Assembly (NCBI GenBank): GCA_965204755.1
Contig: OZ242011.1
Coordinates: 2,336,001 to 2,400,000 of the forward strand
Length of the DNA: 64,000 nt
Reading direction: 5' to 3'
Source of the DNA: Candidatus Marinacidobacterium sp.
Lineage (GTDB): Bacteria; Acidobacteriota; Vicinamibacteria; Marinacidobacterales; Marinacidobacteraceae
Of this stretch, positions 9,229 to 19,804 are shown one piece after another. Position 1 is the stretch's first letter; each line of letters opens with the position of its first letter. A model generated the notes under the pieces. It saw nothing but the letters and a program-made list of their open reading frames with translations. It ran no database searches and was not told the origin of the DNA. The translations under genes were made by a program, and so were the position numbers.

Positions 9229-10167
9229 TCAGCCCCCGTTGCGGGCCGACGACCAGGTGTCCACGCAGGCGCGGTAGTTGGCGGCGATCCGGGCCACCGC
9301 GTCCGACTCGTCCAGCGTTCCGGCGAGGAAGTCGCGGAGGGGCTCGCGGAAGTTGGTGCGGCCCACGGCGAAGCCGATGAACCCGGGGACCGGCGCGGCG
9401 ACCCGCAGCCACTCGTGGACCTGGGCGGCGTCGGAGCCCCGCCCGAGGACGATCAGGCCGACGCGCTCCCGGCCGCCGCCGGAGCGGGCGGCTTCGGCCA
9501 CCCGGACGGCGTCATCCCGGTCGTCCACGCCCTCGATCTTCCAGATATCCGGTTCGATGCCGAAGTCCTGGATCATGCGGATCGCCCGCACCATGTGGCC
9601 GGGGCGCAGGTCGCGGTCGTAGCGGTCGCCCGCCTCGCGGTCTCTGTCGGTGGTCGCCGGGACGAGCAACTCGAACATGAACAACCGCCGCTCGGCGCCG
9701 TGGAGGTAGTCGGAGACCAACTTCAGCCGGGTCAACTGCTCCGCCGTCGCCGCCGGGGCGTCGTCGGGGTGGAGCCGGACGAGCACCTTGACGATCTCCG
9801 GGTCGTGGAAGCGGAGGTGGGCCACCCAGCGGGGGCCGTACTCGAAGTCGAAGGTGGACCGGCCGCTCTTCTCGATGCAGATCGCCCGCGGGATCTCCCG
9901 GGCGGCGGCGTCGGCCAGGATCTGGCTCCCGAACTGGGCGTCCACCAGGATCCCCACCTGCTCGCGGGGCACGCCGCCTTCGATGGCGCGGAGGAGCCCG
10001 CGGTAGATGAGGCTCTTGGCCGTCGCCACCGGGCCGTGGCCGTCCTTCTCCGGCGCGATGGTCGGCGCCCCGGAGAAGCCGAAGAACGACTTGGTGAAAC
10101 TGCCCCGATGGTCGAAGGGCTGGACGAAGAGCGGCCGGTCGTAGCCGAGGTCGGGACGGTGGGTCAT
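9229..10167 (-). CDS. DUF2090 / IolC C-terminal-like class I aldolase
   Basis: [38 protein letters not shown] and GFAVGRT. Confidence 0.85.
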   Translation of the reverse strand: MTHRPDLGYDRPLFVQPFDHRGSFTKSFFGFSGAPTIAPEKDGHGPVATAKSLIYRGLLRAIEGGVPREQVGILVDAQFGSQILADAAAREIPRAICIEKSGRSTFDFEYGPRWVAHLRFHDPEIVKVLVRLHPDDAPAATAEQLTRLKLVSDYLHGAERRLFMFELLVPATTDRDREAGDRYDRDLRPGHMVRAIRMIQDFGIEPDIWKIEGVDDRDDAVRVAEAARSGGGRERVGLIVLGRGSDAAQVHEWLRVAAPVPGFIGFAVGRTNFREPLRDFLAGTLDESDAVARIAANYRACVDTWSSARNGG

Positions 10168-10381
10168 GGGTGCGGTGGCGCCTTTCTGGGACGCGAATTC
10201 TACGGGGCGGGCGCGGCGCTTCGCCTCCCCGGAGGCCGGGCCCCCCCGCGCCGGGACGGCAACCGGCCGGGGGAAGGGGGCGGACGCCGCGGGCTTCCCG
10301 CCCCGGCGGCGGCCGCGCCCGCCCGGTCCTCCCCGGCCGGAGGGCCGGCGGCGGCCGCCGATTAGACTCCCCGCCGCTCGA

Positions 10382-13231
10382 ATGGAACCCGACATCCTGG
10401 TGGTGCGGGGCGCTCGGCAGCACAATCTCAAGAACATCACCGTTCGCATCCCGAAGAAGAAACTCGTCGTCCTCAGCGGCGTTTCGGGTTCGGGAAAGTC
10501 GTCGCTGGCGCTCGACACCCTGTACGCGGAAGGACAGCGCCGCTATGTGGAGTCGTTGTCGAGTTACGCCCGCCAATTCCTGGGGCAGATGGACAAGCCC
10601 CTCTACGACACGATCACCGGCCTGTCGCCGACGATTTCCGTGGACCAGAAGTCCGCGAGCCACAACCCGAGATCCACCGTCGGCACGATTACCGAGATCT
10701 CGGACTACCTGCGCGTCCTGTTCGCGCGCATCGGCGAAGCGCACTGCGTGGATTGCGGCCGCCCGGTGACGCCGCGCAGCGCCGCCGAGATCGTGGAGGA
10801 ACTCGCGGAACTCCCCGAGGGCGCCCGTTTCCTCCTGCTCGCTCCCGTCTGGGTGAACCGGAAGGGCGAAGCGCGCGGCGCGCTCGAATCCATACTGCGC
10901 AGCGGCTTCTCCCGGGCGCGCATAGACGGCGAGATCCGGCTCGTCGAAGAAGTGCCGGCCCTCGACAAACGGCGGAAACACTCGATCGAGGTCGTGGTGG
11001 ACCGGTTACGGCAGAAGAGCGATCCGGACGACGACTGGCGCTCCCGGGTGACGGATTCGGTCGAGACCGCGCTCCGCGAGGGAAACGGCGTCCTGCTCGC
11101 GCGGGTGGAAACCGAAGACGCCGACCGCATCTACTCGGAGAAACACGGTTGCCCCCACTGCGGCATCGGCTTCCCGGAACTGGCGCCGCAACTGTTCTCG
11201 TTCAACAGCCCCCAGGGAATGTGCCAGGACTGCAACGGCCTCGGCGTCCGGTCGGAAGTGGACGAGGCCCTGGTCGTCCCGAACCACGACCTCGGCATCA
11301 ACGGCGGCGCGGTGGCGCCGTGGGGCCGGTTCCGCGACCGGGACGGCTGGGAGGCCTCCGTCGTTCGGGCCGTGGCGAAGCGGTACGGCGTGGACCTGAA
11401 CCGGCCTTGGGGGCGTCTCGCTGCGGCGAAGCGGAAGTTGATCCTGTACGGCTGCGGCGACGAACGGTTCCGCGTGCGTTGGCAGCACTACCGCAGCGAG
11501 GAACGGTGGGAGGGCGTGATGCGCCAACTCACCCGCCGGATGCGCGAAACCACTTCCGAGCGGGCGCGGCGCTGGTATTCCCGATTCGTGTCGAGCCGCG
11601 CCTGCCGCGCCTGCGACGGAACCCGGCTGCGGCCGGAGGCGCTCTCGGTGCGGATCGCCGAGCGGAACCTCGCCGAGTTGTCGCGCATGTCCATCGGCGA
11701 TGCGCTCTCGTTCATGAAGGGCCTGTCGCTCGAGGGCGAACGCGCGGTGATCGGCGCCGAGTTGCTGAAGGAGATCGGGGCGCGGCTCCGGTTCCTCGCC
11801 GATGTGGGGCTCGACTACCTGTCGCTCGACCGGCTGGCGCCGAGTCTTTCCGGCGGCGAGTCGCAGCGTATCCGGCTCGCGAGCCAGATCGGTTCCGAGT
11901 TGACCGGAGTCGTCTATATCCTGGACGAGCCCTCCATCGGACTCCACGCCCGGGACAACGGCCGGCTGCTGCAGGCGCTGCAGCGGCTGCGCGACATCGG
12001 GAACACGGTGGTCGTGGTCGAACACGACCGCGAGACCATCGAATCCTCCGACCATGTGCTCGACTTCGGCCCCGGCGCCGGGGTGTACGGGGGCGAAGTC
12101 GTCGCCGAAGGCTCCCCGGAGGAGATCCGCCGGGACTCCAGGTCGCTCACCGGGCAATACCTCTCCGGCGCGAAGGAGATCGCGGTGCCGCGCCGCCGGC
12201 GCCGGGCGCGGTCGGAAGTCACCATCTACGGGGCGCGCGAGAACAACCTGAAGAGCGTGGATGTGAAGATCCCGCTCGGAACCTTCGTCGGCGTGACCGG
12301 CGTGTCCGGCGCCGGAAAGAGCACCCTGGTGTACGAAGTGCTCTATCCGGCGCTGGCGCGGACGCTCCACCGTTCCGAGCGAGCGGTGGGCGCCCATACC
12401 CGGATCGAGGGCGTGAAGCGGGTGGACCGCATCGTGGACATCGACCAGTCGCCGATCGGCCGGACGCCGCGCTCGAACCCGGCGACCTACACCAAGGTGT
12501 TCGACGGGATCCGCTCACTGTTCGCCGCGCTTCCCGAGGCGCGGGCGCAGGGCTACAAGCCGGGGAGGTTCTCCTTCAATGTGACCGGCGGCCGGTGCGA
12601 GCACTGCCAGGGCGCCGGCGTGATCCGGGTGGAGATGCACTTCCTCGCCGATGTGTTCGTGCCCTGCCAGGTCTGCGGCGGCAAACGGTTCAACGACGGC
12701 ACGCTCACCGTGAGGTACCAGAACCTCACCATCGCCGAAGTGCTCGACCTGACGGTGAGCGAAGCGGTCGGCGTGTTCCGCTCGCAGCCGGCGATCTCGC
12801 ACATCCTGCGCACGCTGGAGGATGTGGGGCTCGGGTACATCCGCCTCGGCCAGCCGTCGCCGACGCTCTCCGGGGGCGAAGCCCAGCGCGTGAAACTCTC
12901 CCGCGAACTGGCGAAGCGCGCCACCGGCGGAACGCTCTACATCCTCGACGAGCCGACCACCGGGCTCCACTTCGAGGACATCGCGCGCCTGCTGCGCGTC
13001 CTCGACCGGCTGGTGGAGGCCGGGAACACGGTGGTGGTCATCGAACACAACCTCGATGTGATCAAGACCGCGGACTACCTGGTGGACCTGGGCCCGGAGG
13101 GCGGCGCCCGGGGCGGGGAACTCGTGGCCGCCGGGACTCCGGAGGAGGTCGCCGGCAGCGAGCGTTCGTGGACCGGCCGCTACCTGCGCGAAGTCCTGGC
13201 CCTGCCGGAAGCCCGGCGCCGCGCCTCGTGA
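10382..13231 (+). CDS. uvrA: Excinuclease ABC subunit A
   Basis: [20 protein letters not shown], two ABC cassettes ([12 protein letters not shown] and [11 protein letters not shown]) and CxxC zinc fingers. Confidence 0.98.
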   Translation: MEPDILVVRGARQHNLKNITVRIPKKKLVVLSGVSGSGKSSLALDTLYAEGQRRYVESLSSYARQFLGQMDKPLYDTITGLSPTISVDQKSASHNPRSTVGTITEISDYLRVLFARIGEAHCVDCGRPVTPRSAAEIVEELAELPEGARFLLLAPVWVNRKGEARGALESILRSGFSRARIDGEIRLVEEVPALDKRRKHSIEVVVDRLRQKSDPDDDWRSRVTDSVETALREGNGVLLARVETEDADRIYSEKHGCPHCGIGFPELAPQLFSFNSPQGMCQDCNGLGVRSEVDEALVVPNHDLGINGGAVAPWGRFRDRDGWEASVVRAVAKRYGVDLNRPWGRLAAAKRKLILYGCGDERFRVRWQHYRSEERWEGVMRQLTRRMRETTSERARRWYSRFVSSRACRACDGTRLRPEALSVRIAERNLAELSRMSIGDALSFMKGLSLEGERAVIGAELLKEIGARLRFLADVGLDYLSLDRLAPSLSGGESQRIRLASQIGSELTGVVYILDEPSIGLHARDNGRLLQALQRLRDIGNTVVVVEHDRETIESSDHVLDFGPGAGVYGGEVVAEGSPEEIRRDSRSLTGQYLSGAKEIAVPRRRRRARSEVTIYGARENNLKSVDVKIPLGTFVGVTGVSGAGKSTLVYEVLYPALARTLHRSERAVGAHTRIEGVKRVDRIVDIDQSPIGRTPRSNPATYTKVFDGIRSLFAALPEARAQGYKPGRFSFNVTGGRCEHCQGAGVIRVEMHFLADVFVPCQVCGGKRFNDGTLTVRYQNLTIAEVLDLTVSEAVGVFRSQPAISHILRTLEDVGLGYIRLGQPSPTLSGGEAQRVKLSRELAKRATGGTLYILDEPTTGLHFEDIARLLRVLDRLVEAGNTVVVIEHNLDVIKTADYLVDLGPEGGARGGELVAAGTPEEVAGSERSWTGRYLREVLALPEARRRAS

Positions 13232-13274
13232 CCGGCGTTCGCTGCTTCGCCGCGCTGCCGAGGAGGCGGCCGCG

Positions 13275-13982
13275 ATGATCGGAACCCTCACGCCCGCCGT
13301 CCGGCGGCTGGTGATCGCGAACGGCGTCGTCTTCCTCGCGCAACTTGTGGTTCCGCCCTTCGTGGCGGTCTTCGGCCTCTACCCGCCGGCGGTGCTGTCC
13401 TTACAGGTCTGGCGCCTGTTCACCTACATGTTCCTCCACGGCGGGCTCTTCCACCTCCTGCTGAACATGTTCGTGCTCGCCATGTTCGGCTCGCAACTCG
13501 AGCGCGCCTGGGGATCGCGCCGCTTCCTGCGCTACTACCTCCTCTGCGGCGTCGGCGCCGGCCTCTTCACCCTGATCCCGGTCTCGTCCTTCTTCGACGC
13601 GAACCACATCGGCGCCTCCGGCGCGGTGTACGGCGTCCTGCTGGCGTTCGGCCTGCTGTTCCCCGAAACCCGCATCTACCTCTACTTCCTGTTCCCGATC
13701 AAGGCGAGCCACCTGGTCCTGGTGCTGGGATTCATCTCCGTCGCCAGTTCGCTCTCCGCCACCCAGGACGGCGTCTCCCACATCGCCCACCTCGGCGGCC
13801 TGGCAGCCGGCTACTACCTCCTGAACCGCGACGGCCGCCTCCCCCCGAAGTTCCGCCTCGGCCGCTACCTGTCCTCGACCTGGCGCGACGCCACATCCCG
13901 CTGGACCCGCCGCCGAAACCGCGCCCGCTTCGACCGCTACGACCGCCGCCACCGCCCCGGCAACCGAGAAACCCTCCACTGA
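13275..13982 (+). CDS. Rhomboid-family intramembrane serine protease
   Basis: WRLFTYMFLH, HLLLNM, GASGAVYG and AHLGG. Confidence 0.93.
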   Translation: MIGTLTPAVRRLVIANGVVFLAQLVVPPFVAVFGLYPPAVLSLQVWRLFTYMFLHGGLFHLLLNMFVLAMFGSQLERAWGSRRFLRYYLLCGVGAGLFTLIPVSSFFDANHIGASGAVYGVLLAFGLLFPETRIYLYFLFPIKASHLVLVLGFISVASSLSATQDGVSHIAHLGGLAAGYYLLNRDGRLPPKFRLGRYLSSTWRDATSRWTRRRNRARFDRYDRRHRPGNRETLH

Positions 13983-14039
13983 CCCCACCGCGGTCGCGGG
14001 CTCTCTGGAAACGCGCCCGACACCGGCGCCGGAACCCCC

Positions 14040-14471
14040 GATCTCCGTGGGTCGCTCCTTCCAACGCGCCCGGCGCGCCAGTTCGCGCAACGCCTCGCGC
14101 AGGAATCGGTTCGGCAGGGCGGAGACATCGGCATACCGCTCCTGCCGGCCGCATCCATCCATGTTCACGAAGCAACCGATCTCTCCGGCCGATCGGCACA
14201 CGACGAGAACGGAGTCTCGGCCCGAGGAGATCGCCTCGATCACGATCTCGCCGTTGTAGAGCGGATAGACCGTGAACCGAGTCCGGCACATCCCGTACAT
14301 CTTCTCGATCAGACTCCGGGCATTCCGATGGGCGAGCGGGGACGGAACCGGAGCCTCGTCATCCCGCGCCTCATCGGCGACCTGCTCCAATTCACGGAGC
14401 GCCGACATCAACGAGGTCGGCGTCGGACTCCCCGACGGCGCGCCGTAATCGGAACGCCCCGTCGAAGCCAC
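14040..14471 (-). CDS. Hypothetical protein; the frame has no nearby stop and runs antisense into the rhomboid gene to 13401 (coding 3' end approximate)
   Basis: Starts 5 bp after the DUF4143 stop. The first ~135 aa look globular (VYPLYNGEIVIE...SVLVVC), and the rest is rhomboid antisense. Confidence 0.5.
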
Positions 14472-14476
14472 ACCGC

Positions 14477-15850
14477 CTACTCGATCGTCCGTCCGTTACC
14501 CTGAGTCGCCGGACTCTCGGCGTTGGTTCCCGGTGTGCCGTCCCGCGTTTCTTCCCGAAGGGCGAAGACTTCGCTCTCCGCGATCGCGGGAGCGTCCGCT
14601 TCGGCCGGGGTTCGCCAGAGGGTGGTGAGGGGGACGGCGGAGAGGCGGTCGCCGAAGGGCAGGGCGCGTTCGCCGTCGTAGAGGAGGACGCCGCGGACGA
14701 AGTCGTCGCCGAGAGCCCGCCGGAGTTGCTTCAACCCCCGAAAGTCCGAGGAGTGGATCGTGGCGCCGGCCTTGACCTCGATGCCGGCGACGCGGCGGCC
14801 CCGAACGACCAGCAGGTCGGTCTCCACGCCGTCCCGGTCGCGGCAGTGGAAGAAGCGGGTGGGCGCCGGCGAGCCGGAGGCCTGGCGGCGCAGTTCCTGA
14901 TAGACGAAGGTCTCCGTGAGGGCGCCGAGCAGCGTCCGTTCTCGAAGCAGGTCCGCGGCCTCGACTCCCAGGAGGGCCGCGGCGAGGCCGGTATCGCCCA
15001 AGTGGAGTTTCGGTGTCTTGACCAGGCGGGCGAGCCGGTTCGACGACCAGGGAGGAAGCCGCTCGACGAGGAACATGCGTTCCAGCAGTTGCGTGTACGC
15101 CTCGATGGTCTGGCGGCTTACCGAGAAGCGGGTCGCCAGGGCGCTGATGTTGGTGAGTTGGGCGGTGCGGGCCGCCGCTTCGGTCAGCAGGTTCGGGAGA
15201 GCCTCGCGCGCGGCGGGCCGGGCCAGATCGCTGATGGCTTGGGAGAGAACGGTTTCGGCCGTGTCGGCGTACCAGTCGCGACGCAAACTGCCGGACGGCA
15301 GGTCGTTCGCCGTCGGATATCCGCCGGCAGTCACCAGGTCGGCGAGACGGGGCCCGAGCCGGGGAACATCTTCGAAGGGGGGAAAGCCGTCGCCGAACAG
15401 CGCGTCGAGGAAACCGGGGGTCGAGCGTTCGATCTCGGCGCGCGAGAGGGGGTGGAGTCGCGCGACCCGCAGTCGTCCGGCGAGCGAATCTTCCAGACGG
15501 GGAACGCGCAGAGCCCGCGGAGAACCCGTCAACAGGAATCGACCGGCCGTTCGGCGCCGGTCGATCTCGCGTCTCAACGACCCGAAGAGTCCCGGCACGC
15601 GCTGCGCCTCGTCCAGGATCACGCGTTCGGGCAGCGACTCCGTGAAGCCGACGGTGTCTTCGGCGGCTGCCCTTCGCAGCCGGTCGTCGTCGAAGGTCAG
15701 GTAGCGGTAGCCGAGCCGCTCCCCCGCCATGCGCGCCAGCGTCGTCTTTCCGCACTGTCGGGGGCCGTGCAGGAGGACGGCCGGAGAATGTCCCAGCGCT
15801 TCGACCAGGCGCGCCTCGGCGAAACGCAGGTAGAGGGCGGAGGGAGCCAT
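14477..15850 (-). CDS. AAA_14 ATPase with DUF4143 domain and PD-(D/E)XK-like C-terminus
   Basis: GPRQCGKTT, ILDEAQR, LLTGS, SLAGR, KTPKLHLGDTGL and ETDLLV...IEVK. Confidence 0.93.
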   Translation of the reverse strand: MAPSALYLRFAEARLVEALGHSPAVLLHGPRQCGKTTLARMAGERLGYRYLTFDDDRLRRAAAEDTVGFTESLPERVILDEAQRVPGLFGSLRREIDRRRTAGRFLLTGSPRALRVPRLEDSLAGRLRVARLHPLSRAEIERSTPGFLDALFGDGFPPFEDVPRLGPRLADLVTAGGYPTANDLPSGSLRRDWYADTAETVLSQAISDLARPAAREALPNLLTEAAARTAQLTNISALATRFSVSRQTIEAYTQLLERMFLVERLPPWSSNRLARLVKTPKLHLGDTGLAAALLGVEAADLLRERTLLGALTETFVYQELRRQASGSPAPTRFFHCRDRDGVETDLLVVRGRRVAGIEVKAGATIHSSDFRGLKQLRRALGDDFVRGVLLYDGERALPFGDRLSAVPLTTLWRTPAEADAPAIAESEVFALREETRDGTPGTNAESPATQGNGRTIE

Positions 15851-15874
15851 TGTCGACTCGATTCTAATGAAATC

Positions 15875-16139
15875 CGGCTAATTGTCGAGAATGGATACGG
15901 CTATATGTCGAAATGATTGGCGGCCATTCGCCGGAGAATCGCTCGCCAGGGTGCGGCGGGACTCCGGCCTCGTCGGAGCGAAGAGTCTGCGCGCGAAGCG
16001 ACCCGAGGGATTCGGTCATCTGTCGAGGCCGGAGGCGGCCGAGTGTCGAAGTTCCGGCTGGCTGTCGGACCTTCGTACGGCAGATCATCGAACAAACTGT
16101 CCGGCCGATCGCCGACGCGCTGATCCCGCCGGTCGTCGA
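15875..16139. repeat. Degenerate array of CGGC-N5-GYCG(A) motifs with ~23-bp phasing upstream of the DUF4143 ATPase
   Basis: Copies at 15875, 15898, 15921, 16013, 16036, 16055, 16078, 16102 and 16126. Confidence 0.6.
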
Positions 16140-16332
16140 GCCCGGCGCGCCCCGGCGGTCTCCGGTGGAGTCGTCTCGACCGGGGGCCGGGAGCGTTCGG
16201 ACGGGGTGGCGCCGACGGCTCGGCGGCCCGGGCCGCGCCGCGAGCCGGCCGGCGGCCCGCGCGAGTCCGACCGGCCGAAGTCGGCTCGCGGAGGTTCGCC
16301 GCGCCGGCGAACGGACGGTTACGAGGTCGGCG

Positions 16333-16713
16333 CTACCGGCGGTCGATGGCCCACTTGCCGGAGCCGGCCATGGCGATGAAGAAGAAGAGGAAGCAGTAGA
16401 GCACCGCCAACTCGCCCCGGTTCATGATCGGCCAGAACCCGTCGCCGTTGAACTGGTGCACCATGAAGTGGGCGACCGCCATCTGGCCGCTGCAGAGGAA
16501 GGCGGCGATGCCGGTCATGAAGCCGAGGATGATCAGGAGGCCGCCGACGACCTCGATGAAGCCGGCGAACCAGATGAAGGAGAACAACTCGCGCTGCGTT
16601 CCCCCCATGACGCCGAACACCTTCTGCGCGCCGTGGCAGAAGAAGAGGAAGCCGGACACGATCCGCAGGAGCGCGTAGGCGGTGTCCTTGTGCTGGCTGA
16701 GAATGGTCTGCAT
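16333..16713 (-). CDS. DoxX-family membrane protein
   Basis: LLRIVSG..HGAQK, AGFIEVVGG, SGQMAVAHF and NRGELAVLYCF. Confidence 0.92.
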   Translation of the reverse strand: MQTILSQHKDTAYALLRIVSGFLFFCHGAQKVFGVMGGTQRELFSFIWFAGFIEVVGGLLIILGFMTGIAAFLCSGQMAVAHFMVHQFNGDGFWPIMNRGELAVLYCFLFFFIAMAGSGKWAIDRR

Positions 16714-16834
16714 GGTGGTCCCTACCTCCTGGAAAGGTGCGAGGGGTTGCGTTGGATCGGGGGGCGGCCGGCGGCGCGGGTTCCGCTGCCGCCGCCGCGG
16801 TCGGGAGCGCTCGCCTGCTGCGGCGGGAGTCGGG

Positions 16835-17287
16835 TCACGGGGCGAGCGCCCCCAGGAAACCGGAGATCGCCGCGCCGCCGACCAGCACGGAGGTCACCAC
16901 CGTGGCGACGACCAGCAGCGCCTGGACGCCGCTGAGCACGAAGAACACGCGGAGTTGCCGCAGGCCGGCGGCGAGCGCTTCCGGGTCCGAATCGTCGTGG
17001 GCGCGCCGGGCGTTTCCCGCGGCCTTGAGCAGGACCACGCCGGCCCAGATCGGAATCCAGGCGGCGAGCAGACCGAGCAGGGTGAGCGCGAGCCCGAGAC
17101 CGGAGACGATCTCCGCGAGGCCGACGAACCGCATCCATCCCCGCGCCCGGTGGAGCGGCGCCGCGATCTCGCGCGCGCCGACGGCCGCCGGCGGAGCGCT
17201 TTCGGCCGCTTCCCGGGGCGGCTCGGCGCCGCCTCCGTCGGTCGGCGGCGGGGGCGGCGCCGGCGGGGCGCCGGGGTCGGTGTCCAT
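16835..17287 (-). CDS. DUF5362-like membrane protein
   Basis: GWMRFVG...AWIPIWAGVVLLKAA...LRVFF with three hydrophobic segments. Confidence 0.75.
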   Translation of the reverse strand: MDTDPGAPPAPPPPPTDGGGAEPPREAAESAPPAAVGAREIAAPLHRARGWMRFVGLAEIVSGLGLALTLLGLLAAWIPIWAGVVLLKAAGNARRAHDDSDPEALAAGLRQLRVFFVLSGVQALLVVATVVTSVLVGGAAISGFLGALAP

Positions 17288-17373
17288 CTCCGTCGTTCGG
17301 ATCCTCCGGGGGATTCTCCCGTACTGCGGCGATCCGTCTCCGCGAGGGCGTCTGTTCGGCCCTTCCGACGGAC

Positions 17374-19749
17374 TCAGAAGTCCAGCAGGATCGTGTACTT
17401 GGCGGTCAGCGCCCGGTCGAGCCGGTTCCCCATCGGGTCGCGGCGGTCGTTCAGCACGATGAAGAAGTCGGACAGCGGCCGGTGGATGAGGTTGAACCGG
17501 ATGTTCGAACTCCAGTCCTCGTTCACGCTGTTGTACTGGATCAGCGCGTTCAGGAACATGTTCGTCGTGAAGGTGTAGGTCACCCGGGCGGTGAGCAGTT
17601 CGGTGGTGAACTCCCCCTCCGGGAGTGCGATGTCGTTCCGGGTCCAGCCCGCATACGCCGTGAGCCGGCTCCCCGCGCGAACGACCGTGCTGAGGTTGAG
17701 CGCCCTCCTGGCGCCCGAGTAGAACTCGCCGCGGTCGTACCTGCCGTTCAACGAGAGCGGACGACTCGGGTCGGAGAACAGCATCACGAACCACTCGTCG
17801 TAACGGTGTTCGCCGGCGGACACCATCGTCGTCGGGTGGATTTCGAACGCCTCCGGAGTGTTCTCGACGCTGTTGTCGTAGCCGAACTCCAGCAGGGCGC
17901 CGTTCTGGTGGCGAAACGCGAAGTGCATGTTCAGGTAGCGGCTCACCAACTCGCCGTCCGGGTCGGTGAACTCGTTGTACTCGAAGTGCGGGTTGAACTC
18001 GCGCAGGAAGTCGCTCCACCGCTCCGGGCGGAAGTAGTAGCCCAGGTACCCGAGCCACCGGGTGATGCCGACCCGGGGGGCGAAACCCATCTCCGGGTCG
18101 AAGTCCTCGCCGAGGCGCGACCAGGCGCCCCGTACCTGCCACTGCCGGCCGTCGTAAGCGGCGGCGACCCGTCCGGCGTCCCGGTCTCCGGAACGCCCCG
18201 GACTCATGGTGCGCGCCCAATAGGAGTTCACTTCCAGTTCCGGCGTCACCCGGATGTTCGCGTCGAGTCCCACGGAGCGGTGGTAGTGGTCGCTTCCGCC
18301 TCCGGCTTCCCGATTCAGGAAGATGGCGCCGACATCGGAGTTCTCGCCGAGGTTCCGCCGCACCCGCGCCGCGGAGAAGTTCTCGGCGTGGGGCGCGTCC
18401 TCGTTCGTCCCGGTCTGGATGCTCATGGCGCCGATCTCGTAGGCGCCGGCGCGTCCGGTGAGCCGGCCGCCGCCGAGCACCGGGATGGGCGAGCCGGTCG
18501 AGGAGAGCCCGATCCGGCGGCTGAAGAACAGGTAGAGGTCGTCCCCCCGGCTCTGGCTGCTGCGCAGCAGCGACGGGTTGAACGCCTGCCCGAAGTCGGC
18601 GCGGAACCGGGTGATCCGGGAGTCGGCGGGAACCCCGAACCGGAAGATGCCCGAATTCTCGATGAAGAAGTCGCGCTTCTCCGGAAAGAACAGGCTGTAC
18701 CGCGTCAGGTTGACCTGCTGGATGTCCGCTTCCACCTGGGAGAAATCGGTGTTCACCGTCAGGTCGAGGTTCAGCCCGGTGCCCAGCAGGACCTTGGCGT
18801 CCACCCCGAGGTCGCCCCCGGTGGCGATGTCGTCGCTCTCCCGGGTCTGCGAAGCGTCCGCTCCGAGATAGGGCGTGACCTTGAACCGGCCGCCGGACGC
18901 CAGGCCGGTCAGGCCTTCGAGCGTTCCGGAATAGGAGATGCGGGCGAAGTTGAAGAATCGGGGAATCGGCGCCCAGAAGGCGTCCTGGTTCAGTCGGCGG
19001 ACCCGGCGCAGGAAGTTGATTCCCCAAGTCTGCTCCGAACTCTCGCGGAAGCGGAGCGTGCGGAAGGGGATCTCCATCTCGATCGCCCAGCCGTCCTCCG
19101 CGCGGCGGGTGCGGACCTGCCAGACGCCGTCCCAGTCGCGGTTGAACTCCCGGCCTTCGTTGAAGATCTGTCCGTCGAACTTCGCGCCGCCCGGGTTCGT
19201 CTCGAACATGTACCCGTTGCGGCGGTCGTGGAAGGTGTCGAGCACGACGCCGAAGACATCGCCGGCCCGGGTGGAAAAGTCCCGCGAAAGGTCGTTCACG
19301 ATGATCCGGTCCGGCGAGTCGTCGAAGGCGAAGGCGCCGATGTAGAGCGACTCGTCGTCGTAGAGCACCCGCACTTCGGTTTCCAGCGTCGCCGGCATTC
19401 CCTCGTCCGGGTTGCCCTGGGTGAACCCGGACGCTACCGGAGCGCCGGCCCATTCCTCCTCGCCGAGGACGCCGTCCACCACGATCGGCCCGGCGGCCCT
19501 GACCGCCGGCAGCCGGCGGTCGAACCGGGCGGTCTCGAAGTCCACCGGCGCCGGGGGTTGCGCCGCCGGCTCGACTTGCCGGGGTGATCCGGCGGCGGTC
19601 GGCGCGCTCGAAACGGCGAGCAGGAACACGACTTCCGCCCCGCCGAAGCGCCCGGCGCCCCGCAGCATGGGCCGAAGCGCCGCGCGGCCGGCGGCGCGCC
19701 ACCGTCGGATGCGGGTCGGCGCCCCGCCGAGGAGCGGAGCCGCGGCCAT
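17374..19749 (-). CDS. CBM9-like plus DUF5916 outer-membrane protein (start uncertain)
   Basis: VDGVLGEEEW, EMEIPFRTLRF, NTDFSQVEAD, FFPEKRDFF and FFSRRIG; ends in an aromatic residue. Confidence 0.88.
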   Translation of the reverse strand: MAAAPLLGGAPTRIRRWRAAGRAALRPMLRGAGRFGGAEVVFLLAVSSAPTAAGSPRQVEPAAQPPAPVDFETARFDRRLPAVRAAGPIVVDGVLGEEEWAGAPVASGFTQGNPDEGMPATLETEVRVLYDDESLYIGAFAFDDSPDRIIVNDLSRDFSTRAGDVFGVVLDTFHDRRNGYMFETNPGGAKFDGQIFNEGREFNRDWDGVWQVRTRRAEDGWAIEMEIPFRTLRFRESSEQTWGINFLRRVRRLNQDAFWAPIPRFFNFARISYSGTLEGLTGLASGGRFKVTPYLGADASQTRESDDIATGGDLGVDAKVLLGTGLNLDLTVNTDFSQVEADIQQVNLTRYSLFFPEKRDFFIENSGIFRFGVPADSRITRFRADFGQAFNPSLLRSSQSRGDDLYLFFSRRIGLSSTGSPIPVLGGGRLTGRAGAYEIGAMSIQTGTNEDAPHAENFSAARVRRNLGENSDVGAIFLNREAGGGSDHYHRSVGLDANIRVTPELEVNSYWARTMSPGRSGDRDAGRVAAAYDGRQWQVRGAWSRLGEDFDPEMGFAPRVGITRWLGYLGYYFRPERWSDFLREFNPHFEYNEFTDPDGELVSRYLNMHFAFRHQNGALLEFGYDNSVENTPEAFEIHPTTMVSAGEHRYDEWFVMLFSDPSRPLSLNGRYDRGEFYSGARRALNLSTVVRAGSRLTAYAGWTRNDIALPEGEFTTELLTARVTYTFTTNMFLNALIQYNSVNEDWSSNIRFNLIHRPLSDFFIVLNDRRDPMGNRLDRALTAKYTILLDF

Positions 19750-19804
19750 GCAACCCGCGAATGTACCACCGGGCGGGCGCGCCGGCGGCGGGGCCGACGG
19801 CGCC

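Noticed and set aside
15875-16139. Possible CRISPR array
   Set aside because: The units are 14 bp and degenerate with ~9-bp gaps, and there are no cas genes. Kept only as a putative binding-site array.
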